Positions 35,356-44,692 of a DNA stretch of 64,000 nt are shown here, piece after piece. This DNA comes from Magnetococcales bacterium DCbin4 (GTDB taxonomy: Bacteria > Pseudomonadota > Magnetococcia > Magnetococcales > UBA8363), in the NCBI GenBank assembly GCA_002753735.1, contig PEAN01000012.1, positions 14,575 to 78,574 on the forward strand, written 5' to 3'. The translations under genes were made by a program, and so were the position numbers. The notes below the pieces were generated by a model. The model made no database searches and was not told the origin of the DNA. It saw nothing but the letters and a program-made list of their open reading frames with translations. Position 1 is the first letter of the stretch. Each line of letters starts with the position of its first letter.

Positions 35356-36102
35356 ATGTGTGATGCCTGTGGGTGTACTTCTTCGCCACCGTCTCAAAAA
35401 GACAAACCCCTGAAACTCATGTCGGCGGTGTTCGCCGCCAACAATGATGCGGCGAAGCACAACCGAAACCATTTGCAGCATCATGGCGTGTTGGCCATCA
35501 ACCTGATGTCTGCTCCCGGAGCGGGGAAGACCTCCCTTCTGGAAGCCACCATCGATGCATTGTCCGGTCGCTACCGATTGGCGGTCATTGAAGGGGATCT
35601 CGAAACCGAAAACGATGCGCAACGGATCCGCGCCAAAGGGATCCCTGCATTTCAAATCAATACCGGCAGCGCCTGTCATCTGGATGCAGTCATGGTGCAT
35701 GATGCCATGCACCATCTCGATCTGGATACCGTTGATATCTTGTTTATCGAAAACATCGGCAATCTCGTCTGCCCTGCCGCCTACGATCTGGGACAACATT
35801 TCAATGTGCTGTTGCTCTCGGTGACCGAGGGGGATGATAAACCGGCCAAATATCCCGTCATGTTTCGTATCGCCGATGTGATGTTGGTCTCCAAGACCGA
35901 TCTGTTGCCCTACCTGGACGAATTCAAGGTGGAACGCGCCGAAACCCATCTGCGCAAACTGGCCAACCGGGCTCCGGTCATTCCCATCTCAATCCGCAAT
36001 GGCGCGGGATTGTCCCAGTGGATCGAATGGTTGGAACAACAATTCCATTCACTCCAACAAAACGTTCCCGCCTTGCCCGAAAAAGATCATCAACACTTGT
36101 GA
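35356..36102 (+). CDS. hypB: Hydrogenase maturation GTPase HypB
   Basis: N-terminal metal site MCDACGC. P-loop SAPGAGKTSLLE. IENIGNLVCPA and LVSKTDLL (NKxD-like). Confidence 0.9.
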   Translation: MCDACGCTSSPPSQKDKPLKLMSAVFAANNDAAKHNRNHLQHHGVLAINLMSAPGAGKTSLLEATIDALSGRYRLAVIEGDLETENDAQRIRAKGIPAFQINTGSACHLDAVMVHDAMHHLDLDTVDILFIENIGNLVCPAAYDLGQHFNVLLLSVTEGDDKPAKYPVMFRIADVMLVSKTDLLPYLDEFKVERAETHLRKLANRAPVIPISIRNGAGLSQWIEWLEQQFHSLQQNVPALPEKDHQHL

Positions 36103-36109
36103 CGTTGAA

Positions 36110-37054
36110 TCAATCGATTCCGATTTCCTCCTGTACCGTCCTGACGATACGGGGGTCATAATCCATCAAGTCCTCTCTTTTGCCCGTATAGTCGAGCTTG
36201 CTCAGGAAATATTTGATGCTGTTGATCCGTGCCCTTTTTTTATCGTCTGACTTGACGATGGTCCAGGGGCAGGTGGCGGTGGAAGAATAAAAGAACATAT
36301 CCTCTTTGGCCTGGGTATAATCACGCCACTTGTCTTGGGACTCTTTGTCCACCGGGCTGAGTTTCCACTGTTTGAGTGGATCCACTTCCCGTTTTTTGAA
36401 CCGTCGCAACTGTTCTTCCTTGCTGACGGAAAAATAAAACTTGAACAGGATGATTCCCGATTTGACCAACATTTCCTCGAACAACGGCACAGAGCGTAAA
36501 AATTCGCGGACTTCATCCCGGCTGCAAAACCCCATGACCCGTTCAACTCCGGCGCGGTTGTACCAGGAACGGTCAAAGAAACAAATTTCCCCACCCGACG
36601 GTAAATGGGCCACATAACGCTGAAAATACCATTGCGATTTTTCTTCATCAGTCGGTTTGTTCAATGCCACGACCCGGTATCCGCGAGGATTCAAGTGTTC
36701 GATGAACCGCTTGATGGTTCCTCCCTTGCCTGAGGCATCCCGTCCTTCGAACAGGGCAGCGATTCGCGTACGCGAAGCTTTGGCCCAGTTTTGGAGTTTC
36801 AGCAGTTCGATGTGCAACTCGTGGATGATTTCGAGGTATTCTTCATTGTCCATCTTATTTATTTTTGGCCGTTCCGAAGGTTGCGCCTGTTTGCTTCCTT
36901 CACCGAGAACGATCTGTTTATTTTCCGCTTTTTCTTTGACTTCCGACATGAAAGACTCCAAATCGGGTTGCTGGAATCGAATGAAAGGATTCAAGGATGC
37001 CATGAGGGTTTGGTCCATGGTACACCGTTCAAGCCTTGATCGGCATTTTATCAA
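36110..37054 (-). CDS. ppk2: Polyphosphate kinase 2 (PPK2 family)
   Basis: IAALFEGRDASGKGGTIKRFIEHLNPRGYRVVAL, CFFDRSWYNRAGVERVMGF. The true start is probably an internal Met (for example 37018). Confidence 0.85.
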   Translation of the reverse strand: MIKCRSRLERCTMDQTLMASLNPFIRFQQPDLESFMSEVKEKAENKQIVLGEGSKQAQPSERPKINKMDNEEYLEIIHELHIELLKLQNWAKASRTRIAALFEGRDASGKGGTIKRFIEHLNPRGYRVVALNKPTDEEKSQWYFQRYVAHLPSGGEICFFDRSWYNRAGVERVMGFCSRDEVREFLRSVPLFEEMLVKSGIILFKFYFSVSKEEQLRRFKKREVDPLKQWKLSPVDKESQDKWRDYTQAKEDMFFYSSTATCPWTIVKSDDKKRARINSIKYFLSKLDYTGKREDLMDYDPRIVRTVQEEIGID

Positions 37055-37203
37055 GGAACCACAAAGTATTTTTCACCCGGGAAGCGAAATCCCCCTTTAT
37101 GGGGTGGAGGAAGGCAAACTTCGTGGACAGGAACTCCCGGGACAGATAGGATTCTGCGCCAAACAAATGCGCAGGTGTCCATCGGAGGAATGGGGAGAAA
37201 CGG

Positions 37204-38145
37204 GTGCGTATCAACTCTGACCCTAATGTTGCGGAAGTTCAACTCATGAATCGACACGGCGTCAGTGACGCCTTTGGTTTGATTCTTCAACACGACCTGG
37301 AGGCCATGTGCGGCTGGGCACCGGTTGCCTATGAAAATTCCGATTGCGAAGGGATTCATCAGATGCGTGTTTCCTTGCGTCGCATGCGTTCCGCCCTGTC
37401 GGTTTTTTCCCGGGTGATCGCCCCTGACCTCCTTTCTCCCTGGTCCGACGACATGCGTTGGATTGCCAATGCCTTGGGACCTGCCCGGGATATGGATGTT
37501 TTCCTGAATGAATCCATCTCTCCTCTGGCTGGTAAGACACCATTCACGCATGGTGAACAGGTGTTGCGGGAATTGACCCGTACCCGACGCGACCAACTTC
37601 AACTTCAGCTCCAACAAACATTGAACAGTCAGCGTTATCAAAACTTCATCAAAGAATTTTCCAAGTGGCTTGAAAATCATGGATGGTTTCAATGGGACAT
37701 GCCCGCCCGCGACCGGCTCAAGATGACCCAAAGCGTACGGGATTTTGCCATCCGTACCCTGGATCGGCGACTTTCCAAAACCTGCCAGCGCGGCAAGGAT
37801 CTGGCTTCCATGTCCGACGAGCAATTGCATGAACTACGAATTGAATGCAAAAAATTGCGTTATGCCACGGACTTTTTCTCCACATTGTTTCCAGGAGACA
37901 AGTTGCGCAATTTTGTGCAAAATCTGAAGGCGATTCAAAACATTCTTGGATTGATGAATGACGTGGCGGTGCTTCCCTCCGTCATCGATCCATTGCTGGA
38001 AGGGGTATCCGATCCCGAAGTATTGCGTTTTGCGGGTGCCGTGTTCGGATGGCGCGCCAAGGGGTATGATGATGCCCGTAAACTTTTTGAGATGAGATGG
38101 TCTCAGTTCATGGTGACTTCACCGCCCTGGCAGCATGATAAATGA
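37204..38145 (+). CDS. CHAD-domain protein
   Basis: GIHQMRVSLRRMRSALSVF and LHELRIECKKLRYATDFF are the repeated CHAD helices. The ORF-track start is GTG and the first ATG is at 37246. Confidence 0.75.
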   Translation: MRINSDPNVAEVQLMNRHGVSDAFGLILQHDLEAMCGWAPVAYENSDCEGIHQMRVSLRRMRSALSVFSRVIAPDLLSPWSDDMRWIANALGPARDMDVFLNESISPLAGKTPFTHGEQVLRELTRTRRDQLQLQLQQTLNSQRYQNFIKEFSKWLENHGWFQWDMPARDRLKMTQSVRDFAIRTLDRRLSKTCQRGKDLASMSDEQLHELRIECKKLRYATDFFSTLFPGDKLRNFVQNLKAIQNILGLMNDVAVLPSVIDPLLEGVSDPEVLRFAGAVFGWRAKGYDDARKLFEMRWSQFMVTSPPWQHDK

Positions 38146-38209
38146 TCTATCATATTAATCACGAGGGATATTGTCTAAACTTGAATTATTGATCATCCTT
38201 AAGTGAATA

Positions 38210-39442
38210 TCAAGGCTCAGGGGAATACCCCATGATGAAATTCATGCCGGCACCACTGGCGCCGCGGAACAGATGACGGGTCGATTTCAAGAATTGTTCA
38301 ACCTCCGCAACCTTCCGCTCCTTCATCAATGAAACCAAGGTCAAAATCTCGCCTAACAGGCCATGGAGGCGCATACGATCTGGGCGGAACGGATCCAATC
38401 GTTCCAAAACGTCATTCAATTGGGCCAGAGAGGTATGAAACTCCCGCCAATCGATACCAGTCCCGGGGGTGACATTGGCGATGGGATCAAACACCTGTTG
38501 TTCCAGATGGTGGAGTTCTTTCGACCATGCCAGATAATCGGCTGACTGTTCCCGGTCTGAATGTTGATGGGCCATCCACAACAGTTCCGGCAATGCTGAA
38601 ATCCCTTCCTCCATGATCAGATGTTCCATATCCCCCTTGGCCGGAACATCGATCCATTGCATGGGGGTGATTCCAGGCCAACTGGAATAATATTGAATTC
38701 CATGCTGGCGAAACCATCCCATGATTTCTTCCATGGACGTCGTATCGATGCGCGGATTGACATAGGTATCGTAAATAATGGCGGTACGCGAACGGTGTCC
38801 AAAACGTTCGGCCCGGTCGAGATGCTCGGGAAAAAACCGTTCGGCCAATTGAACAATCTCTTCCTCGTTCTTGGCAAAATGATACAGGACCAGTCGTTGC
38901 AGATTTCGCTGAAAACCACCTCCCTTGGTGCCAAGACCAAGAAACACGAACCCACCAGGTTTCAAGAAGGAAACCAATCGGTCAAATCCACTCTTTTTGG
39001 CGGCCGTGTGATGCAACACCCCGTCCGAGGCAACAATGTCGAAGGATCCCTGAAGCTGGACATCGAACAACGATCCTTCGATGAATTCATATTCGGAGCC
39101 AGGGAGGGCATACTGGGAAAAAATCTTTCTGGCGCGATCAATGGCCAGGGGATTCATCTCCACCATGGTCATTCGTGCGCCCCATTGATTATAGAAGATG
39201 GTTCGTTCGCCCGTCCCGCTGCCGAAGTCCAACATATTCGCCCCCTGAAACATTTTCAGGGGAAATTTCAAATAGTCTCTGAACAGGCGGAGGCGTTTTT
39301 TCCCTTCCAGTTCAAAGTCGGCGCGACTGCGATCAAGGAATCGCGTGGATGGGTTGACCTTCTGGTACACATCCAGCACACTTTTTTCCACGCGTTGCCG
39401 TTCGTTCACGCCGGGATCGGAAACATGGGACATGTGGGTCAC
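38210..39442 (-). CDS. Class I SAM-dependent methyltransferase with a long C-terminal extension
   Basis: Motif I: ANMLDFGSGTGERTIF. Post-I: VEMNP. Motif II-like: FDIVASDGVLHH. Confidence 0.7.
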   Translation of the reverse strand: MTHMSHVSDPGVNERQRVEKSVLDVYQKVNPSTRFLDRSRADFELEGKKRLRLFRDYLKFPLKMFQGANMLDFGSGTGERTIFYNQWGARMTMVEMNPLAIDRARKIFSQYALPGSEYEFIEGSLFDVQLQGSFDIVASDGVLHHTAAKKSGFDRLVSFLKPGGFVFLGLGTKGGGFQRNLQRLVLYHFAKNEEEIVQLAERFFPEHLDRAERFGHRSRTAIIYDTYVNPRIDTTSMEEIMGWFRQHGIQYYSSWPGITPMQWIDVPAKGDMEHLIMEEGISALPELLWMAHQHSDREQSADYLAWSKELHHLEQQVFDPIANVTPGTGIDWREFHTSLAQLNDVLERLDPFRPDRMRLHGLLGEILTLVSLMKERKVAEVEQFLKSTRHLFRGASGAGMNFIMGYSPEP

Positions 39443-39454
39443 TCCAAAATGAGA

Positions 39455-41245
39455 TCAAGATTTTCCAGGCTTCGATACCAGCCATTCCCCCAACAACAGA
39501 TGGTCCAGACCTGAACGCAGAAACGTCGATATGGCATCTTCCGGGGTATGGACAATCGGTTCCCCGTGCAGGTTGAACGAGGTGTTCAGCAGGGCACCGA
39601 CCCCCGTTTCGCGGGCAAAGGCGGAAATCAGGGCATGATATCCAGGATTGGCGTCTCGTTCGACGACATGGGGACGCGAGGTTTTGTCATAGGGATGCAA
39701 GGCACCGATCATGTCGCGCTGGCCCTCGGGGGTGGAATCGAACGCCAGGGTCATATAGTCGCCCTGTAGATTTTTGGGGTTGATGACATAGTCATCCTTC
39801 CGTTCCGCCAGGACACTGGAGGCAAAGGGCATCCAGAAGTCACGTTGTTTGATCATTTCATTGATGGTCCGCACCACTTCGCGCGGGCGAGGATCGGCCA
39901 GGATGGAACGATTGCCCAAGGCGCGCTGACCGAATTCAGCACGTCCCGAAAACCGGCCCAACACATGTCCTGCCGCCAGAAGTTGGGCGATTCTGGGCAG
40001 TTGTACCGTTTCGATGGTACAACCATCCAGTCCGGATGTGCGGTCAAGTCGTTTGCGAATCTCGTCATCATGGAAAGAGGGCCCCAGATAGACCGAAGTC
40101 ATGGGGAGACATTCGCTGATGGTCTCACCGGGAACCGACGCAAAATCGACCGCCACCTTGCATGCGGCCCCAATGGAAAGTGATTCATCACCCGACCCCG
40201 GAGGGACGAACAGGCTGTGAACATCGGGCCGTTCCCATACCACCTTGTTGGCCTTGATGTTCATGGCAACCCCGCCGGTCATGACCACATTGCCGCATCC
40301 CGTTGCCGCAACCCCATTGCCAACCCATTCCGACAACAATTCCTCGGTACGTTTCTGGATGCCCCAGGCGATGCCGTCGAAACGCAATCCTTCCAATCGT
40401 TCCTTGAAATGGAAAAAATGATCTTTTGGCTTGATCCTGTAGGAAAACCCGAGTCCATCCACCTGTAGGGTTTCGGCAAAGACTTCGTAGGCGAGTTGCC
40501 CATACTTGGGGTTGCCGTAGGGTGCCAGTCCCATGGTTTTGAAGGCATGTTCAAACTGCTTCATCCCCAGGAGCAGCGTGACATAGCGATAGATGCGGCC
40601 GATATTGCACTGGTTGGTCCGATGAAGCGCCTGCAACGGCTGGCCACGCACTCCATGCCAGACACTTCCATTGACGCCATCGCCAGCCCCATCGGCGGCA
40701 AACACCAGCAGGTCTTGATCCAGCCGTCTGGGATGAACCATATAGGCATACCAGGCGTGACAGGTATGATGGTCATGGACCGAAATGCGCTCCCGGGGCA
40801 GCCCGAAAAAGCGCTCATGATGCCGCAGTCTGGCTTCAAGCATTCCGACACAGTCATCCTCGTCTTTGATCAATGAAGGATCGTAGATGAAGCGCGATGG
40901 ATCCATCCGGTCTTTGAATACATCCATGTAGACGGGACGCTTTCCCTCGAACAAGCGAGGTTTCCAAAATTCGTTTTGTTCGCGCCAGAAGTCCCGGATG
41001 GAGAAGGATTCCCGGGGGATCCAAAAATATTTGGGTGGCAGATGCAACGTGGAAAGGGCAACCCGGTCGATTTCGGCCAGGGTGATCCCTCCGAGGGCCA
41101 GACATTCTTCGATGGCCTTGAACGGAAAACCGGAACGGGTCGTTTGGCGGGTGGGGCGGTCCTCGCTGATGGCGGCGATCAGCTTGCCATCCACGAGCAG
41201 GGCGGCGCTGGCGTTGTGACCTTCATTGACACCAAGAATGATCAT
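39455..41245 (-). CDS. Carbamoyltransferase (NodU/CmcH family)
   Basis: N-terminus MIILGVNEGHNASAALLVDGKLIAAISEDRPTRQ. Central GGVAMNIKAN. C-terminal LLNTSFNLHGEPIV. Confidence 0.8.
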   Translation of the reverse strand: MIILGVNEGHNASAALLVDGKLIAAISEDRPTRQTTRSGFPFKAIEECLALGGITLAEIDRVALSTLHLPPKYFWIPRESFSIRDFWREQNEFWKPRLFEGKRPVYMDVFKDRMDPSRFIYDPSLIKDEDDCVGMLEARLRHHERFFGLPRERISVHDHHTCHAWYAYMVHPRRLDQDLLVFAADGAGDGVNGSVWHGVRGQPLQALHRTNQCNIGRIYRYVTLLLGMKQFEHAFKTMGLAPYGNPKYGQLAYEVFAETLQVDGLGFSYRIKPKDHFFHFKERLEGLRFDGIAWGIQKRTEELLSEWVGNGVAATGCGNVVMTGGVAMNIKANKVVWERPDVHSLFVPPGSGDESLSIGAACKVAVDFASVPGETISECLPMTSVYLGPSFHDDEIRKRLDRTSGLDGCTIETVQLPRIAQLLAAGHVLGRFSGRAEFGQRALGNRSILADPRPREVVRTINEMIKQRDFWMPFASSVLAERKDDYVINPKNLQGDYMTLAFDSTPEGQRDMIGALHPYDKTSRPHVVERDANPGYHALISAFARETGVGALLNTSFNLHGEPIVHTPEDAISTFLRSGLDHLLLGEWLVSKPGKS

Positions 41246-42213
41246 CGGACGGTTCCATGTTTTAAGTTGATGATGTCGATCCCCTTTGACAGGATTTGAC
41301 CCATGTGCGCTGCGGCATCGAAAAGATCGGCCACCAGGGAGAAATCAGCCACGGCATGCAGGGGGGCATCGGGATCATGGTTGATGGCAACAATCACTTT
41401 TGCATCCTTGATCCCGGCCAGATGCTGAATGGCGCCCGAAACCCCCAGGCCGATGTACAGATCGGGGGCAACGATCCGTCCCGTCTGTCCGATTTGCAGG
41501 TCACTGGAGGCCAACCCCGCATCGACGGCGCCACGGGTGGCTCCAACAGCGGCACCCAGTCGATCCGCCAAGGTTTCCACCGCAGCAAAACTTCCGGATG
41601 ATTCCAGACCTTGTCCTCCCACGACGATGATGGCCGCCTGTGACAGATCGGGCCTCTGACTTGAAATCGACACAAACCCTTCATGCCGTCCCGATGGGAC
41701 CGCCTGCACGCATTCAAGTTCCATGACCGGGGCGGGAGATGAACTCATGGGGGCGGGAGGAAATGCGGTCGGGCGAATCGTCAAAAGGGCGGGGAATCGT
41801 TCAAGAACCACCCGGACCATGGCCTGTCCCGCATGCACTGGACGAATCAAGGTGACGGGATCGGTGATGGCACTGACCTGGGTGACCGGGGAAGTGGCCA
41901 ACAGCCCCCCCACCCGGGGAATCAGGTCGGCACCGAAACCGTCATGAACCGCCAGAATCCAACGATAACCCGGTGCAAGCCGGGCGATGAGCGAAGCCAG
42001 ATTTTCCGTGGAAGGGGGAAATTCATCCGCGTGGGTCACATGGATTACTTTTTCGACCCCAGCCAGCAACCGTCCCGCCGCACCCTTGTCCTTGCTGGCA
42101 TGTCCTGCCGCCAGGAGATCGACTGTACCCAATTGCATGCCTGCCGTTACCGCCCGGGCCGTCGCCGCCGAAGGGGCACCGAGACGATCACTGGCGATGA
42201 CCAACACCTTCAA
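41242..42213 (-). CDS. etfA: Electron-transfer flavoprotein alpha subunit
   Basis: KVLVIASD.. N-terminus and the FAD-binding tail PDLYIGLGVSGAIQHLAGIKDAKVIVAINHDPDAPLHAVADF. The probable start is TTG 42213 or GTG 42207, just after the etfB stop. The ORF-track start 42318 lies inside etfB. The stop overlaps the carbamoyltransferase ATG (ATGA). Confidence 0.8.
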   Translation of the reverse strand: MKVLVIASDRLGAPSAATARAVTAGMQLGTVDLLAAGHASKDKGAAGRLLAGVEKVIHVTHADEFPPSTENLASLIARLAPGYRWILAVHDGFGADLIPRVGGLLATSPVTQVSAITDPVTLIRPVHAGQAMVRVVLERFPALLTIRPTAFPPAPMSSSPAPVMELECVQAVPSGRHEGFVSISSQRPDLSQAAIIVVGGQGLESSGSFAAVETLADRLGAAVGATRGAVDAGLASSDLQIGQTGRIVAPDLYIGLGVSGAIQHLAGIKDAKVIVAINHDPDAPLHAVADFSLVADLFDAAAHMGQILSKGIDIINLKHGTVR

Positions 42214-42950
42214 GGAAGGACTCCCGCACGATCCAACTGCTCCACCAGTTCCTCGACCGAAGCGACCTGCCGACCTGCGGGACGTGCCGGGGGGGGGAGA
42301 AAGGCGGCAATCTTCCACGACACCCCTTGTGATCGGGGTTGGGAGAGAACCTCAACCGGCTTGGCGCGAGCTTTCATGATGTTGGGTAAACTGGCATAGC
42401 GGGGGGTGTTCAACCCGAGATCGACACTGATGACGGCGGGCAACGAAAGCTGCAATCGTTCCTGGCCACCCTCCACCGACCGCATGACCGTTACCCGATC
42501 CTGATCAAACTCGATCCGGGAAACGAAGGTTGCCTGCGGCCAGCCAAGCATTCCCGCCGTCATGGGAGCGGTTACGCCATGATCACAGTCGACCCCCTGA
42601 CGCCCCATGAGGATCAGATCACAGGCATATTCCCGGGCACAAAATGCCAAACCACGGGCGACTTCCAGGGGTTGCGCACCTGGATCCATCCGCATCAGGA
42701 GCGCCCGGTCGGCACCCATTGCCAGGGCGGTCCTGAGCGTTCCTTCCCACGTTTCCGGGCCGGCTCCCACCACCATCACTTCCTGAGCGATCCCCTGTTC
42801 TTTAAGTCTGATGGCTTCTTCGAGGGCGATTTCATCGAAGGGATTGATCACCCCGGGCACCGCTTCCCGATGTAACGTTGGTCCCTCGCTGAACAGATGG
42901 ATCGGGATGGCGGGATCGGTAACCTCCTTGATGGCTGCCAGTACCCTCAT
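42210..42950 (-). CDS. etfB: Electron-transfer flavoprotein beta subunit
   Basis: MRVLAAIKEVTDPAIPI.., INPFDEIALEEAIRLKE, LILMGRQGVDCDHG. Confidence 0.85.
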   Translation of the reverse strand: MRVLAAIKEVTDPAIPIHLFSEGPTLHREAVPGVINPFDEIALEEAIRLKEQGIAQEVMVVGAGPETWEGTLRTALAMGADRALLMRMDPGAQPLEVARGLAFCAREYACDLILMGRQGVDCDHGVTAPMTAGMLGWPQATFVSRIEFDQDRVTVMRSVEGGQERLQLSLPAVISVDLGLNTPRYASLPNIMKARAKPVEVLSQPRSQGVSWKIAAFLPPPARPAGRQVASVEELVEQLDRAGVLP

Positions 42951-43576
42951 TGAGCCGCCAGAGCTTCGATGATGGCCACCAACCGCTTGGGATCGCCCTT
43001 GGCATGGTGACCGAAGGAAACCTGATATTTACCATTGACCACCAGCGTCGGCGTGCCATTCACCCCATAGGCTTTTTGAAGGCTCAACGCCTGGGCAACC
43101 TTGGATGAGACCCCAAAGGATTGCAATTGACTCTTGAACTTCCCCGCATCCACCCCGGCCTCTTCCGCGATGTATTCCAGCTCATGAATATCTTCAATAT
43201 TGAGATTGTTTTCGAAATACGCCTTGAAGATGGCTGATTTCATCTGCGGGCCATGGCCCAGAAACTCGGCGGCGAAGAATGCACGCAACGGCAGATCGGT
43301 CTGACGTCCCCAATAGACGGGCATCGACCGGTATTGATAACGATCTCCATTATTTTTCAACCATGCTTCAAGGTGGGGATGCAGATCATAGCAGTGGGGA
43401 CATTTGAAGTTGAACACTTCGACGATCTCAGGTTTGCCCGCCGGCACGGGAACCGGTGGAACAATGGGGGCGTAGTCCGTTCCAGGTTGGGGGGTGAAGG
43501 TTTCCGCCTGCAATGGCGCGATGGTCAGAAACAAGGACAGAAGGAACAGTGCGATGGTCTGCCGTAATAACGCCAT
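42947..43576 (-). CDS. DsbA-family thiol:disulfide oxidoreductase
   Basis: Signal MALLRQTIALFLLSLFLTIAPLQA. Active site FKCPHCYDL. GVNGTPTLVVNG. The stop overlaps the etfB ATG (ATGA). Confidence 0.8.
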   Translation of the reverse strand: MALLRQTIALFLLSLFLTIAPLQAETFTPQPGTDYAPIVPPVPVPAGKPEIVEVFNFKCPHCYDLHPHLEAWLKNNGDRYQYRSMPVYWGRQTDLPLRAFFAAEFLGHGPQMKSAIFKAYFENNLNIEDIHELEYIAEEAGVDAGKFKSQLQSFGVSSKVAQALSLQKAYGVNGTPTLVVNGKYQVSFGHHAKGDPKRLVAIIEALAAQ

Positions 43577-43578
43577 GG

Positions 43579-44004
43579 TCAAGACTCCCGGATTTCAAAG
43601 GTGGTATGGATGCTGGCTGTCTTGCCGAGCATGGCCGAGGCGGAACAATAGGTTTCCTCGGACAGTTGGATGGCCCGGGCCACCGCTTTTTCTGGAATCG
43701 ATTTGCCGGTGACGATGAAGTGGATGGTGATGGCGGTGAACACCTTGGGATCGGTCGGCGCCCGGGTCGCCTGAAGCGTGGCGACACAATCCTGAACCTC
43801 ATGGCGACCTTTTCTGAGAATGGAAAGGACATCGATGCTGGCGCACCCCCCCAGACCCATCAAAATCAATTCCATGGGTCTGATCCCCATGTCGCGCCCA
43901 CCAAGATCCTGGTGGGCATCCATGACGACCGTGTGGCCCGAACCCGATTCTCCCAGTAATTGAATACCTTCAATCAACTTGATGCGTGCCTGAACATCCG
44001 CCAT
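43579..44004 (-). CDS. OsmC/Ohr-family peroxiredoxin-like protein
   Basis: MADVQARIK.. (cat at 44002-44004, preceded by GAGGAA). It has the two family Cys: LGGCASIDVLSIL and ETYCSASAML. Confidence 0.75.
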   Translation of the reverse strand: MADVQARIKLIEGIQLLGESGSGHTVVMDAHQDLGGRDMGIRPMELILMGLGGCASIDVLSILRKGRHEVQDCVATLQATRAPTDPKVFTAITIHFIVTGKSIPEKAVARAIQLSEETYCSASAMLGKTASIHTTFEIRES

Positions 44005-44242
44005 GGTTTCCTCATTTCTTGGTTTCTGACCCGGTCTTACCGGAATTGAAATTCCATTCCGCACCCTTTCCGATAAAGCGTGCAAGCATAACATCCCGTT
44101 GCCGATGTTTCCATTGCCTTTTGGAGGATCATTGCGGGAATGGCCTGATTTCTTGGGATGCTCCTGGAGTGGATACCGCCCGGGATTGTGTGATATCATG
44201 CCGCCAGCAGTGCAGGTTCGTTCGTTCAACAGGAGAATACCC

Positions 44243-44683
44243 ATGAAATGGATCACCCGTTCCCACATTCATGTTGACCGGGTGGCCTGCCCCTGGTTGA
44301 TTCGGCGGTTTCTTGATTCCGAAGCCAAATTCATCTTCGTCCCCAAATCCCGGGTATTGGTCATGGCGGAACGGGAGCAGGCCATTTCCTTTGATACCCC
44401 CGGTGCCAAATATCATCATGATGGCGATCTGTGTACCTTTTCGGTGTTGATCCGGGAATATGGCCTGACCGATAAGGCGCTGCTCCGAATGGCGCGGGTC
44501 ATCAACGCTGCCGATACCGGAATGTTGTCCGCCGACCCGCTGGCGACCGGCTTTGAAGCCATTGCGGTCGGTTTTGGATTGCGTTACCCCGATGACCACG
44601 TCAACCTGGAAAAACAATTTGAAGTGTATGACGCCCTTTATGCCTGGTGCCGCCTGGAAGTGGCGGGCAACCCCGATGCATAG
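44243..44683 (+). CDS. ChrB C-terminal-domain (chromate-resistance-like) protein
   Basis: MKWITRSHIHVDRVACPWLIRRFLDSEAKFIFVP matches the Chrome_Resist N-terminus as I recall it. ATG at 44243 follows AGGAGA. Confidence 0.6.
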   Translation: MKWITRSHIHVDRVACPWLIRRFLDSEAKFIFVPKSRVLVMAEREQAISFDTPGAKYHHDGDLCTFSVLIREYGLTDKALLRMARVINAADTGMLSADPLATGFEAIAVGFGLRYPDDHVNLEKQFEVYDALYAWCRLEVAGNPDA

Positions 44684-44692
44684 ACCAACCTT

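Noticed and set aside
42214-42318. An N-terminal extension of EtfA (MEDCRLSPPPGTSRRSAGRFGRG..)
   Set aside because: It overlaps the 3' end of etfB in another frame and is Gly/Arg/Ser-rich junk. The conserved EtfA N-terminus (KVLVIA) begins right after the etfB stop, at a TTG or GTG.
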